This document shows, piece after piece, positions 25,301 to 38,900 of a stretch of DNA of 64,000 bases (its first letter is position 1; every line of letters starts with the position of its first letter). This DNA comes from Basidiobolus meristosporus CBS 931.73. Its lineage: Eukaryota; Fungi; Basidiobolomycota. The notes under the pieces were generated by a model, which worked only from the letters and a program-made list of their open reading frames with translations, ran no database searches and had not been told where the DNA came from. The position numbers and the translations under genes were made by a program. The DNA is taken from positions 1 to 64,000 of the forward strand of contig MCFE01000317.1 in assembly GCA_002104905.1 (NCBI GenBank). The letters run 5' to 3'.

Positions 25301-25972
25301 GAAGCTGTACATAAAATTATCCCATCTGTGGGACGCATGTGACTACTGTTATCATCGCTCGAGTGCCTCGGTTCATGATTCTTCCACACTGGTTATTAGC
25401 TGATCATAATAGCTTGGATAGCAACCAGATTGTAAATAAGACTAGTCGTTGATTCGATAATCCAAATATATCTCTTCCATACTAGCCGAAACATCAGTAA
25501 AGAAAAGGAAGCTCAGTGAGGGGTCAATGATCAATGATCCAAAGATTGATGACCGGATATGGACGTCATCCAACTAGGTTATATTGAATCGAAGTCAGTC
25601 ATGTATCATTTTGGTGCCGATTAGAAACATCACCAATCCAGCGAAAAGAGTTGGTAGAGTATGCACGCTCATGGTATGTTCACCATCGGATCTAGTATGA
25701 CAGCTTCACATAGATTTATTATCATCACTTTCCAGGCGTGAAAATCCTTCATTTTGATTATTTATAATATCAGAAATATGGCCAGCTAGACAGGGATCTA
25801 CAGGATGAACCTGTTCATGCTGCATTTGATAACGAAATCGACCATCCTTGGTAAGCGATCATCAACCTGTCAGTGGTGTTGTCCAAGTGCACTCATGCTC
25901 GTCTTGGCGAACTATTTCGTGAATTTTTGGGCTTAATTGTTTATTAATTGAGGGAGTAGCGAGTGTAATCTG

Positions 25973-26283
25973 CTATTTTCCAATTCCAAGATTTTTTGCA
26001 CATGTCGTTACTTCACCATCCGCCTCAATGTGCTTGACATGCTCAGAAACATTCAATGCTGACAGATGGTCATCTGGGATAGAGGCGGCAAACCCAAATA
26101 TCCCCGAATCGTAGCGGTGTTTAATGGATCCTCCTTGTGATTCAACCTCAGATGCCGCTTTATCAATAGCAGAGCGAGGAGTACCCTCGTTAAACATGAC
26201 AATGTAGTCGCCGGATGCTAGAAAGATTCGGCGTTTAGTCACGAGCTGTACAATTCGAGTAACCGACATTTACCTTTCGACAT
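25973..26283 (-). CDS. Stand-alone peptidase inhibitor I9 (proteinase B inhibitor-like)
   Basis: ATG TCG AAA G|GTAAAT intron ...TTCTAG|CA gives MSKASGDYIVMFNEG...GGSIKHRYDSGIFGFAASIPDD...VKHIEADGEVT, the I9 pattern. Confidence 0.88.
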
Positions 26284-27304
26284 TTTTGTATTAAGTGGAG
26301 ATTAGCTGGAGTCGGTGATTCTATCTAATAGCTCAGCATATTCGGGACTTAAATAAGTGCGACTTTAGGTTAGTCTATGAAGTCACTCTGGCTACGTAAC
26401 TCAGTATATAGATGATGTGAATACTTGTTTACTCAGCTCTCCTTACGACATGGCCATCTGTCATGGAAAACATAATCATATGACCATCGCAAAAGCATCA
26501 AACTCGATGATCTCATCAGAAATGGATTTGTTGCGTCATTTATCCTGGCCTGAATATGTCTATATTAGGCAGCGTGGATGCATTAATCTATGAATAGAAA
26601 TTAACGAGTTTTTGGATTCATGCAGCCTTGTAAATATCGCAAAGTTAATCCAGCACTGTTCCTGGCATGGGTATCGAAATCTCCAGGTCTTTGAAGGTGC
26701 GGATGTACATCGGCTACTGTAAATCTCCTAGTGAGCAGCGGATGCGTTTTGGAGATGGATGGCGTTGTGACTCTTGCCACGAAGACTTGCTACTTCAATG
26801 CGGTTTGAGTTCGGCAAATTCAAAACGCCTGGTTATAGTCGGCTGTTACGTAGGTAGCGGACAATCGAATTCTTGAAGCATAGTCTCAGAAAATCAAAAA
26901 AAACCTCTGCCTATGAGGTGAAAACCGAACTGCATATCCATTACTGGCCAGTAACCGCTCAAGCAAACAAAACACGGGTATGGATCGTATTACTGTTATT
27001 GAACGCATTTATCCATTACATCATAGAGGATTTTCGGCTTAATCCATGCTCGCTTTATGACTATTATAATGTACTAGCATTTATTTCAACAACCTTGCAT
27101 TGATGGTACTGACTCTTAGGATGGGTTTAGTGTTGTGATGTAGAGAACGAAAGACTGGCAGCCTTTTGGCCTCCGATTGACAGCATCTTGGCCAATAATC
27201 ATAACTACGATCGAAGTACGACCGCTGATATATAAGCTTGCCCTTAGAACCACTTCAGTACAATATTGACTACTCCCCCAAAGCTGGGATCTCTCTTTAG
27301 ATTC

Positions 27305-28853
27305 ATGAAAGACCAAGCCGTCATTCAAACCTATGCACTGTCACCATCCGACAAAGAAAAGTCTCAGGTCGACATAGAAGTAATAGTATCGGATTCCACA
27401 AAAAGCAAGATCAGCCTCTATGTGGCCTTCAATGTGCTTACCGCGGTGCTCGCGTCATATGTCACTGGTTTCAATGTTGGATCCCCCAACATACCACAGC
27501 AGGTTATCATTGGATGCAATTTAGAAGAGTACACTTTTGCGGTGCTACCAGCATGCCTCCCAATGACCCCAATATTTTGGTAAGCCCTGCTATGTTAAAT
27601 GTTCCAAGTGCGGCTATTAACAGCCGATGATTCTCAGGGGATTTACTTTGGCCACCTTTGCCCTGGGCGCTCTGGTCGCTGGACTCAGTGCTGGTTCGAT
27701 CGCAGACCGATTTGGAAGAAGAAAAGCAATCTGGATGAACAACATACTGATTATCATTGCTGGAATCATCATGAGCACGTCCGGAAGCATCCCGCAGTTG
27801 ATCATCGGAAGGTTTTTTGCAGGGCTTGCTGGTGGTTCCGCCAGTACCTTCGTCCCGATGTTCATTTCGGAAATTGCCCCTTTGCGCTACAAGGGGAGAA
27901 TGGGCACCATGACACAGGTGGCTTTTGTAAGTGGCGTTCTTACCGCGCAAGGGTTGGCATTGCGTTTCACCTATGTTCCTGGATGGAGAATCCTCCTATC
28001 TTTGACAGCTATTCCGAGTGTTTTTCAAATCGTGGCGCTGTGCTTTTGCACGGAAACCCCTGCCTGGCTAATAAGACAAGGCCGGATCGATGAGGCACGG
28101 ACCGCTCTTCAACGACTTCGTAAGGGCTACAATGTTGACAATGAACTCGATTTGTTGTGCCAAAGCAATTGCTCCACCCAAATTGAGGATAGTCAGGCGC
28201 AAAATGACAACGTAAACCACAAGGCTGCAGCCATGAGATTTACTGATGTGCTGAGAGAAAAAAATATCAGACGTGGCCTTCTTAGTGCCTTGGCACTTCA
28301 CGCGTTCCAACAATTGTGTGGAATTAACGCTGTCATATACTATTCCACCTCAATTTTCCGATCTACATTTGGCCCTGAGAGCTCGGGTATCTTTACAGTG
28401 ATAGTAGCGGCAACAAATGTGCTCATGACCCTATTCTCGACCATCCTGGTAGACCGACTAGGGCGAAAGCCGCTGCTGTTATGTAGCAGCCTTGGAATGT
28501 GCATCTCTTGTATCCTCGCAGTTATCGCAGCCAGCAACGAAATCGACATTATGATAGTGGCATCAGTGATAATGTTTGTTGCATTCTATGCAACTGGACT
28601 CGGGCCGCTTCCATGGCTACTGGTTCCTGAGTTTCTTCCTCCGGCAGCGTTAGGGATTGCCGCATCGATGTGTTGTGTTGTCAATTGGTTCTTCACATTT
28701 CTTGTGGGATTTTCGTTTCCAGCCATCAAGCTACATATACAACAATGGTCCTTCCTTCCATTTTCGATTTTCTCCGGATGTTGCGCCTTATTTGTCTTCT
28801 TCTATATCCCAGAAACAAAATTCAAACTTCCCTCAAAAGCAACTCCAGTGTAA
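27305..28853 (+). CDS. MFS sugar porter (GLUT/hexose transporter-like)
   Basis: Intron 27580..27637. Motifs ADRFGRRK, IIGRFFAG, VPMFISEIAP...RG, PETPAWL-like CTETPAWL, QQLCGINAVIYYS, VDRLGRK, GLGPLPW and YIPETK; about 12 TM segments. Confidence 0.95.
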
Positions 28854-29434
28854 TTCTACCAAGAGTATATAAATTTAGGACACATATATCAAGAATCTAA
28901 TAAACTCCTCATCTTTGTCATAAACATAGAGTAACATGGACTAGCGAAAACGGAGAATTCCGAACCTGAACAACACTGGAGTGGTATTCGATGAGTTCTC
29001 ATAACCTGTTTTCATGGGATTATTGGAGAAGATAAGATAAGAATGGCAGGCTCTAGAATCGAGCCTAGTGTGATGTTTGTAGGCCTAGAAGAGGGTTGGA
29101 ATTTTTATATCATTTAATCCTGGGAAACTATCCAGGTAATCCTAGGCTCAATTTATTTTTATGTATGACCAAATCAACTATCTGTACAGGCGGGCCAGAA
29201 ACCAAAAATTGGTTGTAACTCACATTCAGGAACCCTGACTGCACGATTGTTGGTTGCAGGTTGTACCATGTAGCCAACCATCACCACGTACAAGTGAGTG
29301 AGCGTTGTGGAGTCTAGCTTCCTCAAGGCTTCGTGAGCAATCAGGAAATGAAAACCAGATACTGAAACTTTTGGTTGGATTACGGTGTTCCTAGTCGCCA
29401 TTTTCTTCGCACCAAAACGCCATGTTCATATAAT

Positions 29435-30602
29435 ATGCTTGGTGTCTTTTCCGTGGCAGCACGTAGCTATTTAATCCCGCTTTTAGAAATGTTGCTGCCC
29501 AACCCCACATACGTCTATCTCACTCTTCAGCCATGCTTGACGCCTTTCACCCAGACTCCGCAATGGATAATTGCCTGGCCAAGAAAGGTAGTTACCAGGT
29601 AATCCACACTGGAACTCTACTGTCAATTACTAATCTATTGTCAACAGCCTTCTTAAAACCAATCTTCCAGAAGAACAGTGCATGGTCTGCCATCATTCAG
29701 GAAAGCCGAAATGATTTTTTCATCAAATCGGCGTTAGGGCAGACTCCTAGTATCCTCTGGTTAGGTAAAACACTCTTGGGACAAAGCGAGAGAAGGAGTG
29801 GAGTGATGGATTCATGTCTTGACAATTAGGTTGCTCCGATTCCCGGGTACCACCTGAGGTGATTGTACAGTGTGGCAAGTATTATCCTAGCGAATGTCAA
29901 AATCGATCAAACTAACAATTTGTAGATCCTGGAGATATGTTTGTTCATAGGAACATTGCCAATATCTGTCCCCGAGACGACCTGAGCTGTATGTCGGTTA
30001 TTCAATATGCTGTGGAGGTTCTCAAAGTGAAGCACATTATAGTATGCGGTAACTACAACCCGTTGCTTTTGCGGCTCACCACCTTCTTATACCTACACTT
30101 GCACAGGCCACTACGGCTGTGGTGGAGTGAGAGCAGCAATTCATGAGCACAGTTATGGGTTAATCGACGGCTGGCTTGACAATATCAAGAAGGTAATATC
30201 TGGTATGTGGTTCTTGCTGGTTACTCTTGAGCTCTCGAATGTTATTGATTACTTTACACAGGAAACAGCAAGCAACTTGAAAGTAAGCACCTATAAAAGG
30301 TTTTAAGGGGGTTTAGTTTTGACCTGTTACGCTTAGATATCAGGGATGCACAAATGCACGAAGATCTAGTGGTCGAGCTAAATGTAGCAAACTCCATCAG
30401 TAATATCATCCATTCAAGTTTTATTCAAAAAGCGTGGCAAAAAGATCAACTGTTATCTGTTCATGGACTGTGTTACGATCTTCAACATGGATTGCTGAGC
30501 GATCTCGACTTGGATTTTGATGGTCCGAATCAATCCTTGTCTGTGGACCATCTAATAGCAAGGAAAAGCGGTGCGAAGTATCACCAAGAGGCCAGCAGAT
30601 AA
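29435..30602 (+). CDS. NCE103: Beta-class carbonic anhydrase
   Basis: [10 protein letters not shown]|[36 protein letters not shown]|HYGCGGV (Zn ligands Cys, His, Cys), [10 protein letters not shown]. About 6 introns; start uncertain (29435 or 29533). Confidence 0.92.
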
Positions 30603-31093
30603 GCCATCGGATACATCAACACACCACACACCAGCTGTAAAGAATGCCAACCCCACCCATTCGACAATAAAAGTGCATATTTACTCCGCATCAAGCCTAC
30701 AATGATACAATCATTCAAAACACAACATCGGTAACTCTTCAATCGAATCTGAATTGTGAGAGGCATTATTATCAAGGCCAAAAGCCAATCGGGGGATATG
30801 AAACTGTTGGTTTATGCACATCTCCATCTTCAATAGGAAGAATCACACAAAGACTTACCATCGGGAAATAACAACTCGTGATCAACAAAGATGTGACGTT
30901 TATCGTTCGAGACGTATAAAGCTAACCGCGTTCTGCAGAAGAGAGGTTAGGAGGTTTTGGGAGCTATCAAATACCAGCTTGTCCCCACTACTACCTTACC
31001 ATCTACGTCTAACTAATCCTCTTTTGGTGGCACATAACCTGACGCGCCAAAGAGCTTTAATAAACCTATAACTACCCTACGTAACAAACGATA

Positions 31094-34000
31094 ATGTCTG
31101 ATCCATTCAATAACCCCAGGTACCAGATATCCAGCGGGAAATCTAGCCGTGAAGATCGTTCTCGTGAAAATGGTTACTACGTCCATGATCAGTCGAATTC
31201 GTCGATTTCCTCTATTACTCGTGAAAACTATAACTCTACCGCCACTCTTAACCATCCAAAGTACTTGGCCAGGAGTCAATCCCCAAGGGAGTTGGCAAAT
31301 CACTCCTCAATTTCCCATCTCCAACCTAGCCCATCAACGCATACCACCAGATCACGTTCCCCACTCGCCGGGGATACCTATTCAATAAGAACTTCGCCAT
31401 TCCCCGACAACCATGGATCCCATAGTCAAAAGACATGGGCTCCAAAGAGTCTACCGAGAACAGCACCAACTAAAGAAACGCTGAAGAAAAACGGCTCCCC
31501 GATTTCTCGCGACATTGGCAGACAAGAGAGCGGTAATCGTTGGCATTCTGAGGAGAAGATTTCAACATCGAAATATACGGACCAAGTGACCTCCTTGGAT
31601 AAGAGTCAAGGCCGAAAGTCACCGTTTTCTGATGTACGAGCACAGGCTCTGAAAAACCACTCGATTGGAAAATCTAGCCATTCTACAAAGAAAGCAATCG
31701 ATTACAAGGCAGTCTCACCAGAGGTCAAGCCTTCCCCTATTGCTAAACCCATACAGGATACCGGTGCTAAGGCGATTGAGGAACTGTACAACAACAAGAA
31801 TGCTCCCCCCTCCAACGCTAGACGCTACAAACAGTTCATGGAAGAACGGAAGCGGAACATGAAGTATGTTGAGCTGACCTCCGGAAATCTTGTTATTGAT
31901 TGTCCAGTTCCCGATAAAGTCGTCAGCAATGTCCTCTACGCAGACTCCGAAGAGTTCACTCAGATGCGATACACGGCAGCCACATGTGACCCTAACGACT
32001 TCTTGAAAGAGCGGTACACCTTACGGCCGGCATTGTACGGGCGTACTACCGAGCTGTTCATAGTGATGACTATGTATAACGAGAACGAAGAGTTGTTCAT
32101 CAAGACCTTCTCAGGGATACTTAAAAATATACATCACCTATGTAAACGTTCAAAATCGAGAGTCTGGGGAAACACAGGGTGGCAAAAAGTGGTAGTGTGC
32201 ATTGTCGCCGATGGTCGGAGTAAGATTCACCCCAGGGTCTTGCAAGCATTAGCATTGATGGGCGTCTATCAAGAGGGGATCAACCAAAACTCGGTCAATG
32301 GGAAAGCGGTGACAGCACACATATACGAATTCACCACTCAGAAGTACATTGACAAAAACATGCGTGTGCACAGCATCAAGGAGAAGAATATGGATCCTAT
32401 CCAGATCCTGTTTTGCTTGAAAGAGAAGAATGCGAAAAAGCTGAATTCACACAGGTGGTTCTTCAATGCGTTCAGCCCGTTGCTGAACCCAAACGTGTGT
32501 GTTCTACTGGATGTCGGAACACGACCAGGTTGCACCTCGATATATCATTTGTGGAAAGGTATGCTAGCGATGTTAAATCCCAACAAGAGTCAAGACTTCC
32601 CTAATAGCTTTTCACTCTATAGCTTTCGATAGAAACTCGAATCTGGGTGGTGCATGTGGTGAAATTTGCGTTGAGCTGGGAAGAGGCTGGAAAAATCTCA
32701 TCAATCCCTTGGTAGCGGCACAAAACTTTGAGTATAAGATGAGCAACATCCTGGACAAACCACTGGAAAGTGTGTTTGGCTACATTAGTGTACTTCCAGG
32801 TGCGTTCTCAGCCTATCGGTATGCCGCACTTAAAAATACCGCTCCTGGAGTCGGCCCTTTGGCTTCGTATTTCAAGGGAGAGACCATGCATGGATCCAAT
32901 GCCAGCGGAGGAATCTTTGAGGCCAACATGTATCTTGCCGAAGATAGAATATTATGCTTTGAACTGGTGGCAAAGAAGAACTCGAAATGGGTCCTGAAGT
33001 ACGTCAAGGTATGTGCTTTCACTGGTGTAACCTCCACTGTCTAAATCTCACACGCATTTACTGGTAAAGTCCGCTAAAGCCGAGACAGATGTCCCGGACT
33101 CCTGGCCCGAATTCATTTCTCAACGCCGCCGCTGGTTAAATGGATCACTATTCGCAGCGTTCTTTGCTACTGCTCACTGGTTCCAAATCTTTCGCACGAA
33201 CCACAGCTCCAGAAGAAAGTTTCTATTCCTTTTGGAATTCGTCTACAACACAGTCGCGTTGCTCTTCAGTTGGTTCTCGATTGTAAGTTTGATTGATCTG
33301 GCTGATCTTGAAGATTCCCAACTAAACTGATGATATTTAGGGGAATTTCTACCTGTTTCTCTATTTCCTAACCGAGAAATCGATCGCCAAAGATTCCACT
33401 GGAAGGGTGCTTCGAGATTCAAGTAAACCAGATCCATTTTTTGGTGCTTCATGGTTGGTTTACCCGGTGATTCGGGAGATCTTCCTGCTAGGGTTGATCG
33501 TCCAATTCATCCTCGCCCTGGGAAACAGACCACAGGGTTCACATTCAGTGTATATACTGTGCGTGTGCTTGTTCGCCTTTGTCATGTTGATTATGACGTA
33601 CACTGTGTTCTTCCAGTTAGTGCTGTACCTCAAGAACCCTGCCACTTTGGAGCTGCTTCGACGTGCGCCGTTCACCGCCGAAAGTGTCAACCTATTCGTA
33701 GCCCTGGTTTCCACATATGGAGTCTACTTCATCAGTAGCTTTCTATACTTTGAGCCGTGGCACATGTTTACCTGCTTCATCCAATACATGCTGATTTTCC
33801 CTTCATACGTGAACATCCTGATGGTGTACGCCTTTTGCAATACTCATGATGTATCCTGGGGAACCAAAGGAGACAACATCCCAATCTGTGCCGACTCTGT
33901 CCATGGGAATGTCACCAGTACAACCAATCAAGCTGGTGTTGAGGTGGCTAAGGTGCAGGTGCCAACGGAGAAAAGGGATATCAATGGGATTTATGATAAA

Positions 34001-34264
34001 ATGGAGGAAGACCTGAGAATACGGCCCAAGGCTGAGGCACAAAAGCGCGACGCAAAAACCATCAAGGAAGACTACTACAAGCTGTTTCGTACTCGCGTTG
34101 TCTTGTTATGGATTGTTACCAATGCCCTGCTGGCTATCATTGTACAAGGCAAGGTAGCCAGCGACTGGTATCTCAAATTCCTCTTCTTCGCCATAGCCTC
34201 TCTGTCTTCCATCAAATTGATTGGCTGCACAGCTTACCTCATCCTTAGATTGATATTTGGTTGA
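31094..34264 (+). CDS. Chitin synthase, division 1 (class I/II type)
   Basis: Disordered N-terminus; [79 protein letters not shown] (33121), [11 protein letters not shown]. Confidence 0.97.
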
Positions 34265-34576
34265 TATTTCTTGGATTCCCTCCATCCTTCCACCTCCTCC
34301 TTTACTATTGCTGCCATGGGATTACGGAGAAATGGAGATCTAGATAAACTAGAGTTGTACCTAATAAAATATTTAGATGGCTGGCAATTGCGGACCCAAT
34401 AGAATCACTGAAGATCTGAATATTATCACGCATACCTATGGGGACTGCGCAAGTAACGTAAGCAGTCACTCAAAGCCACTCGCACATTATTAAGCCACTT
34501 GATATTCCCTCATCTGCAGTGAGTAACCAAACAGCCCAGCAGCACTCCAAAGAGAAGAGTATAGAGAACGCTAGTC

Positions 34577-35647
34577 ATGTCTCAGCCTGCAGTTATTCAA
34601 TCCAACCGTCTCTTTACTTTTCAATGGAAGTTGAACAATCTGACCAAAGAATTTGATTCCCAACTAAGTACCCCCACATTTCTGGCCCAGGAAGTCCCTT
34701 GGAGACTATTCCTAACCCCTTCACGAGATAAAATCCACATCTCCATTCATCTACAGCCAGCCTTACCTCTTTCCGCCCCTAAAGAGGTTGAATTTTGTGT
34801 ATACCTACGCCGGGAGCCAGGAACCCGACGCCGTTTGAGAAAGTCAACCATGCGCCATCGCTTCTTCAAAAGAACCAAGGCAGGCTTTGAGCGTTTTTTG
34901 GCTCGTTCCGAACTAAGCAAGTATGTTCATAACGGGCAGGTGGTGCTAGGCATTGAGATGTACTATCAAACAGCTGAGCCAGCAGAGCTCATGGAAGACT
35001 TGTTTGCTTCTGAAGAGACCGAAAGCGAAGAAGAATATGACGTGCCGGAGTTCTTTGAGAAGTTGAACGACCCCAGCTTTAGCGACGTAGAGTTTCTGGT
35101 TGACTCACGGGTGATATATGCCTCCAAATTCTTACTCAAAGCGAGAAGCAGATACTTTCGGGATCTGTTTGGAACCTCCTCCTTCAGCAGAGATGACCCG
35201 TACAAGATACATGTAGACGGATTTCATTTTGAGCCGTTGCTGGCTGTGCTGGCATGGATTTATACGGGACGAATTCATCAAGTAGCTGGATATGAAGAGA
35301 ACCCCATTGGATTTTTGTGTGAAATGTACGCGATTGCTAGGATGTATTCCCTCAAAGGCCTGGTACTCATTCTTGGAAACCGATTCAACCAAGTGATTGA
35401 TCTGGAGAACTTCGACCAAATGATGGAGCTGTCAACTTCTTTGGACATCCCCCTGTTGCTGGCCAAAGTCTGTGCGTTTGCTGCATTGCGATGGAAAGAC
35501 GTCTGCAATAGTAACGCCCTTTTGAGGTTATTCAAGTCCAAACCGACCTTGTCCAAATTGCTCTTCAATGGAGTCTTAGCCGCACGAGAGGGAGCTACCG
35601 AAGTGGAGCTTATCTCGCTGTTCAAGAAGAAAGAGCATAGCAGGTGA
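34577..35647 (+). CDS. MATH/TRAF-BTB(POZ) protein (SPOP-like architecture)
   Basis: Intronless. MATH-like FTFQWKLNN...SPTF...WRLFL...GFERFL; BTB FSDVEFLVDSRVIYASKFLLKARSRYFRDLF...LLAWIYTG. Confidence 0.85.
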   Translation: MSQPAVIQSNRLFTFQWKLNNLTKEFDSQLSTPTFLAQEVPWRLFLTPSRDKIHISIHLQPALPLSAPKEVEFCVYLRREPGTRRRLRKSTMRHRFFKRTKAGFERFLARSELSKYVHNGQVVLGIEMYYQTAEPAELMEDLFASEETESEEEYDVPEFFEKLNDPSFSDVEFLVDSRVIYASKFLLKARSRYFRDLFGTSSFSRDDPYKIHVDGFHFEPLLAVLAWIYTGRIHQVAGYEENPIGFLCEMYAIARMYSLKGLVLILGNRFNQVIDLENFDQMMELSTSLDIPLLLAKVCAFAALRWKDVCNSNALLRLFKSKPTLSKLLFNGVLAAREGATEVELISLFKKKEHSR

Positions 35648-35930
35648 CAAGTATCATCCAAGGTAATTCCTGGTATATTCCCATAGTAGGCTAATGATAA
35701 TTAGTAGTCAGTTAGTGTAAATAATTCCGATTTAATGTAACATTGTTGGTATGTTAGAGGTGGTTTCTCCGACTATTCTAAAGTAGCAGCCTTTAGAATA
35801 ACTAGCCACCCACGGCTGAGAACCGATTCTAATGAAATCTGGATATTCGAGTATAAAGTTGAAAATAAAGAATGTACATGCTGGTTTATCGAAGTTATTA
35901 AATTGGAACGAGCTGGAAACACTCCCTGGC

Positions 35931-38900
35931 TTACTCTAAAGGAGTACAATGACTAGATGGGAACCAACCAATCTGTCCGCTTTCCATATCCTCTCCATAC
36001 CACATTGCCCCATATGCCTCCCCACCTTCAGTCTTACTCACCAGAAGAACGGCCCCAAGGGATAGATCAATCTCGTCCGGGTGCTCTGCTTGGAATGGAT
36101 ATATAACTGTACATTTGAAGATTTTGGTGGTGCTTCTACGCGGCAGAGGGGGAGACACAGTGATATTGGTGTTGGATTTTGGTGAGATATCTGGGCTCCA
36201 ATTTGAATCTGGCTGACTTGAAATCTCTTCAGGTGCCATAAAAGGGTCGTCGAAGGTTGGGCGACTAGGCGGCTTGAAGTTCAAAGGTGGATTGCCTTGA
36301 GACACTATACCGTTAGAAATGCAGGACGGTTAGTTCGACATCGGCTTTGTATTCTACTATTCGGCTTACCAGATCTGGCCATAGGCTGCTGGACTCGGTT
36401 TGCACCAAGCTTTACCGAAAGACTGGGATAACCTGATAAAGAGTTGAATTCTCAATAAAGCATGAATAACGAATGATATGAAGTTACGTTGTCTCGATTT
36501 GATGCTTTCAGAATCGGTCGACTCGAATCGGCTAGCCACTTCAGAATCAGTAAGATACGAAGATTGGCTGAGGGTCCGGCCTAAAGTAATAACCTAGAGA
36601 TCAGAATCGCTGGCCGCATAAGCATGATAACGCGAATATTACTCAATGGTACGGAATTAATAGAGCTACTATCCAAAGAAGCGCGACTGGGAGAGGCTAT
36701 AATGACAGGTCATGATTAATGGTCGTGATCAGATATTCGTTATGCGTCGTCTTGTGATACATACAAGCATTATCTCGAGTGAGTATCTGAATCTCATTGA
36801 GTTGGTGATGGAATCCACCTTCGTTCTCTAGCGATTGATGATAATCCTGAATGATGTTTTTCAAATCTCCACTTTGTGAACCGTGGGGAATCAGGAACTG
36901 GTGCACATGCTCGAGTTCTTGGGCTAGTCCTTGATAGAAGCTGGCCTGTATACTTGCGATCACCTGTACGAGAACGTTGAAGTATTGAGTGGTAAGTCCA
37001 AAAAATTTCGGAAGTTCATCTTGAAGTTGCGCATTGATGGCAAGATAGTCGTTGGCGGACTTCTCAAGCGCCGCATCAGGCTTCATAAATAAATCGTTAG
37101 CAAACGTGATCCATTCATTCCAACGAAGAGGCTGCTTACTTTATCCCCTCTGGCCTTGATGCCCCGTGCCCTATCATAATCTAAAAGTTTGTGCTCTCGC
37201 TTCTTTATGACAGAATGAGGTTTCTGGAAAAGGGCTAGGAACTCCTCAACCTGGGGAATAATGAGCGACTTGATACTTGAATCCTGAAAGCACAAGTCAG
37301 TTTCTCTGCGGCATAGCTTGGTGTTGAGTGACACTCACCAATCGCCGTTGGGCTTCCATGTAGATCTTGGTCATTGAGAGGCGATATTCTTTGACCTGGC
37401 TTTCAAGTCCCCGCTTAGTTTGGTATCCAAAGCTATCCCCAGCATACATCCTTTCCATCATTTCAGAAAACTTCATCTGTATATCAAGATATTCTGCAAG
37501 AAGGTTAATCGCCACACAACAGCAAAGGGCACAGCTTAGTACCTTGTACTCGGGATTTCCAACTTTCAACTTGTGTAACAAGATTCTTGGCTTGGCATTG
37601 CTGATGCTCGAATTTGGCTAGGAAGACGTCAAATAACACATCCGTCTAAACACACGTAAAATGAGCTCTATAGGTATCCTATAGTAACAGCTAGTGCTCG
37701 AAAGTACCGTAGCATCCTGCAATCCAGCCTTCTGCTTGATCTACAAAATCTGCGCGTTAATGCAATTGTACACATGGATAAAAGCATTCTCAAGACGTAC
37801 TTGTTGGGTTCTCCGGGAAATTCTCTTGTTGATACCATGGCTAAGTACAACTTCTTTCTTCTTGATTCCAACGATTGTCTCCACTATATCTTTACGCTTT
37901 TTGATCTCATTAATCCGCTCGGCTACCTTCTGAATATCTTGGTTTGCGCTTTTTAAATGATTGAAATCAGGGTCTGATTCCGGCGTGAGCACCAATATTT
38001 GCTGGATAGCTCACTTATTAGCTTTGCATAATAGAAGCACAAATACTAATGCTTATTACCTGGAGCAATAGGGGATATTTGAGCACTCTCTGAACCGGCT
38101 TGATCAATAACGAACCGAAATCCCAACTAGTAGTCTGCCCTTTCATCTCCTCTTTACAGCTCTGCCAATTCACATTCGTTTAAGCAAGCCATTAAACAAA
38201 GAATCTATTCCAGTAAGCAAACCTCAAAGAAATCTAGAGCGCCCCGGTGGCTCTGTAATTCATTCAGTCGAATCACTGCTGACTCGTGAGCTTTGCAATA
38301 GTTGCAGTAAACAGTCTCCAATGACCCCATCTGAAATGGAATAAGTTACGCCGCACGTGTTACAAATCTACACCTTCGACAGAAAACTCACCATCAAGGA
38401 GAATGCTTCTCCCACCCATTTAGATGATTTCTCGGTTTCGGCGGAAGGTTCACTGCAAGCAGCTCGCAAAAGCTCACAAAACTCCTCGGTAAAAACGATT
38501 ACCTCTGGCAGGTTGCAGAACAGTGTTTTCAAATCCCGTGATTGGAATACATCTGACTTTTGTGCTTGCTGGTAATAGATCTACAAGATGTTTAAACAAC
38601 TGCGTCTACTTTAGCGACAGTGAATTCACTCACCTTGTCGAGAATCCTTAGATCATTCAGGTATGAAACCTCCGTATCGACTAATTCCTGAATGACTTTC
38701 GATCTCTTTTCCTTGTTTTTGTGTTCTTGGTCGCTGACAGCACTGTCCATACTAGGTAGGGTTGACAGGGATTCGCTCGAATAGCTTCGCGGACGACCAG
38801 GAAGTGGGGGGGAGGGCTTGTAGATGGGAGAGGAACTAGCCATAGTAATATCAGGAGTAGACTCGCTAAAGGAGGTCGTACGATTACGAAGCAGTTGATT

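Noticed and set aside
26217-26283. N-terminal extension MSVTRIVQLVTKRRIFL of the I9 ORF
   Set aside because: This is read-through of an intron; the real start is the ATG at 26283.
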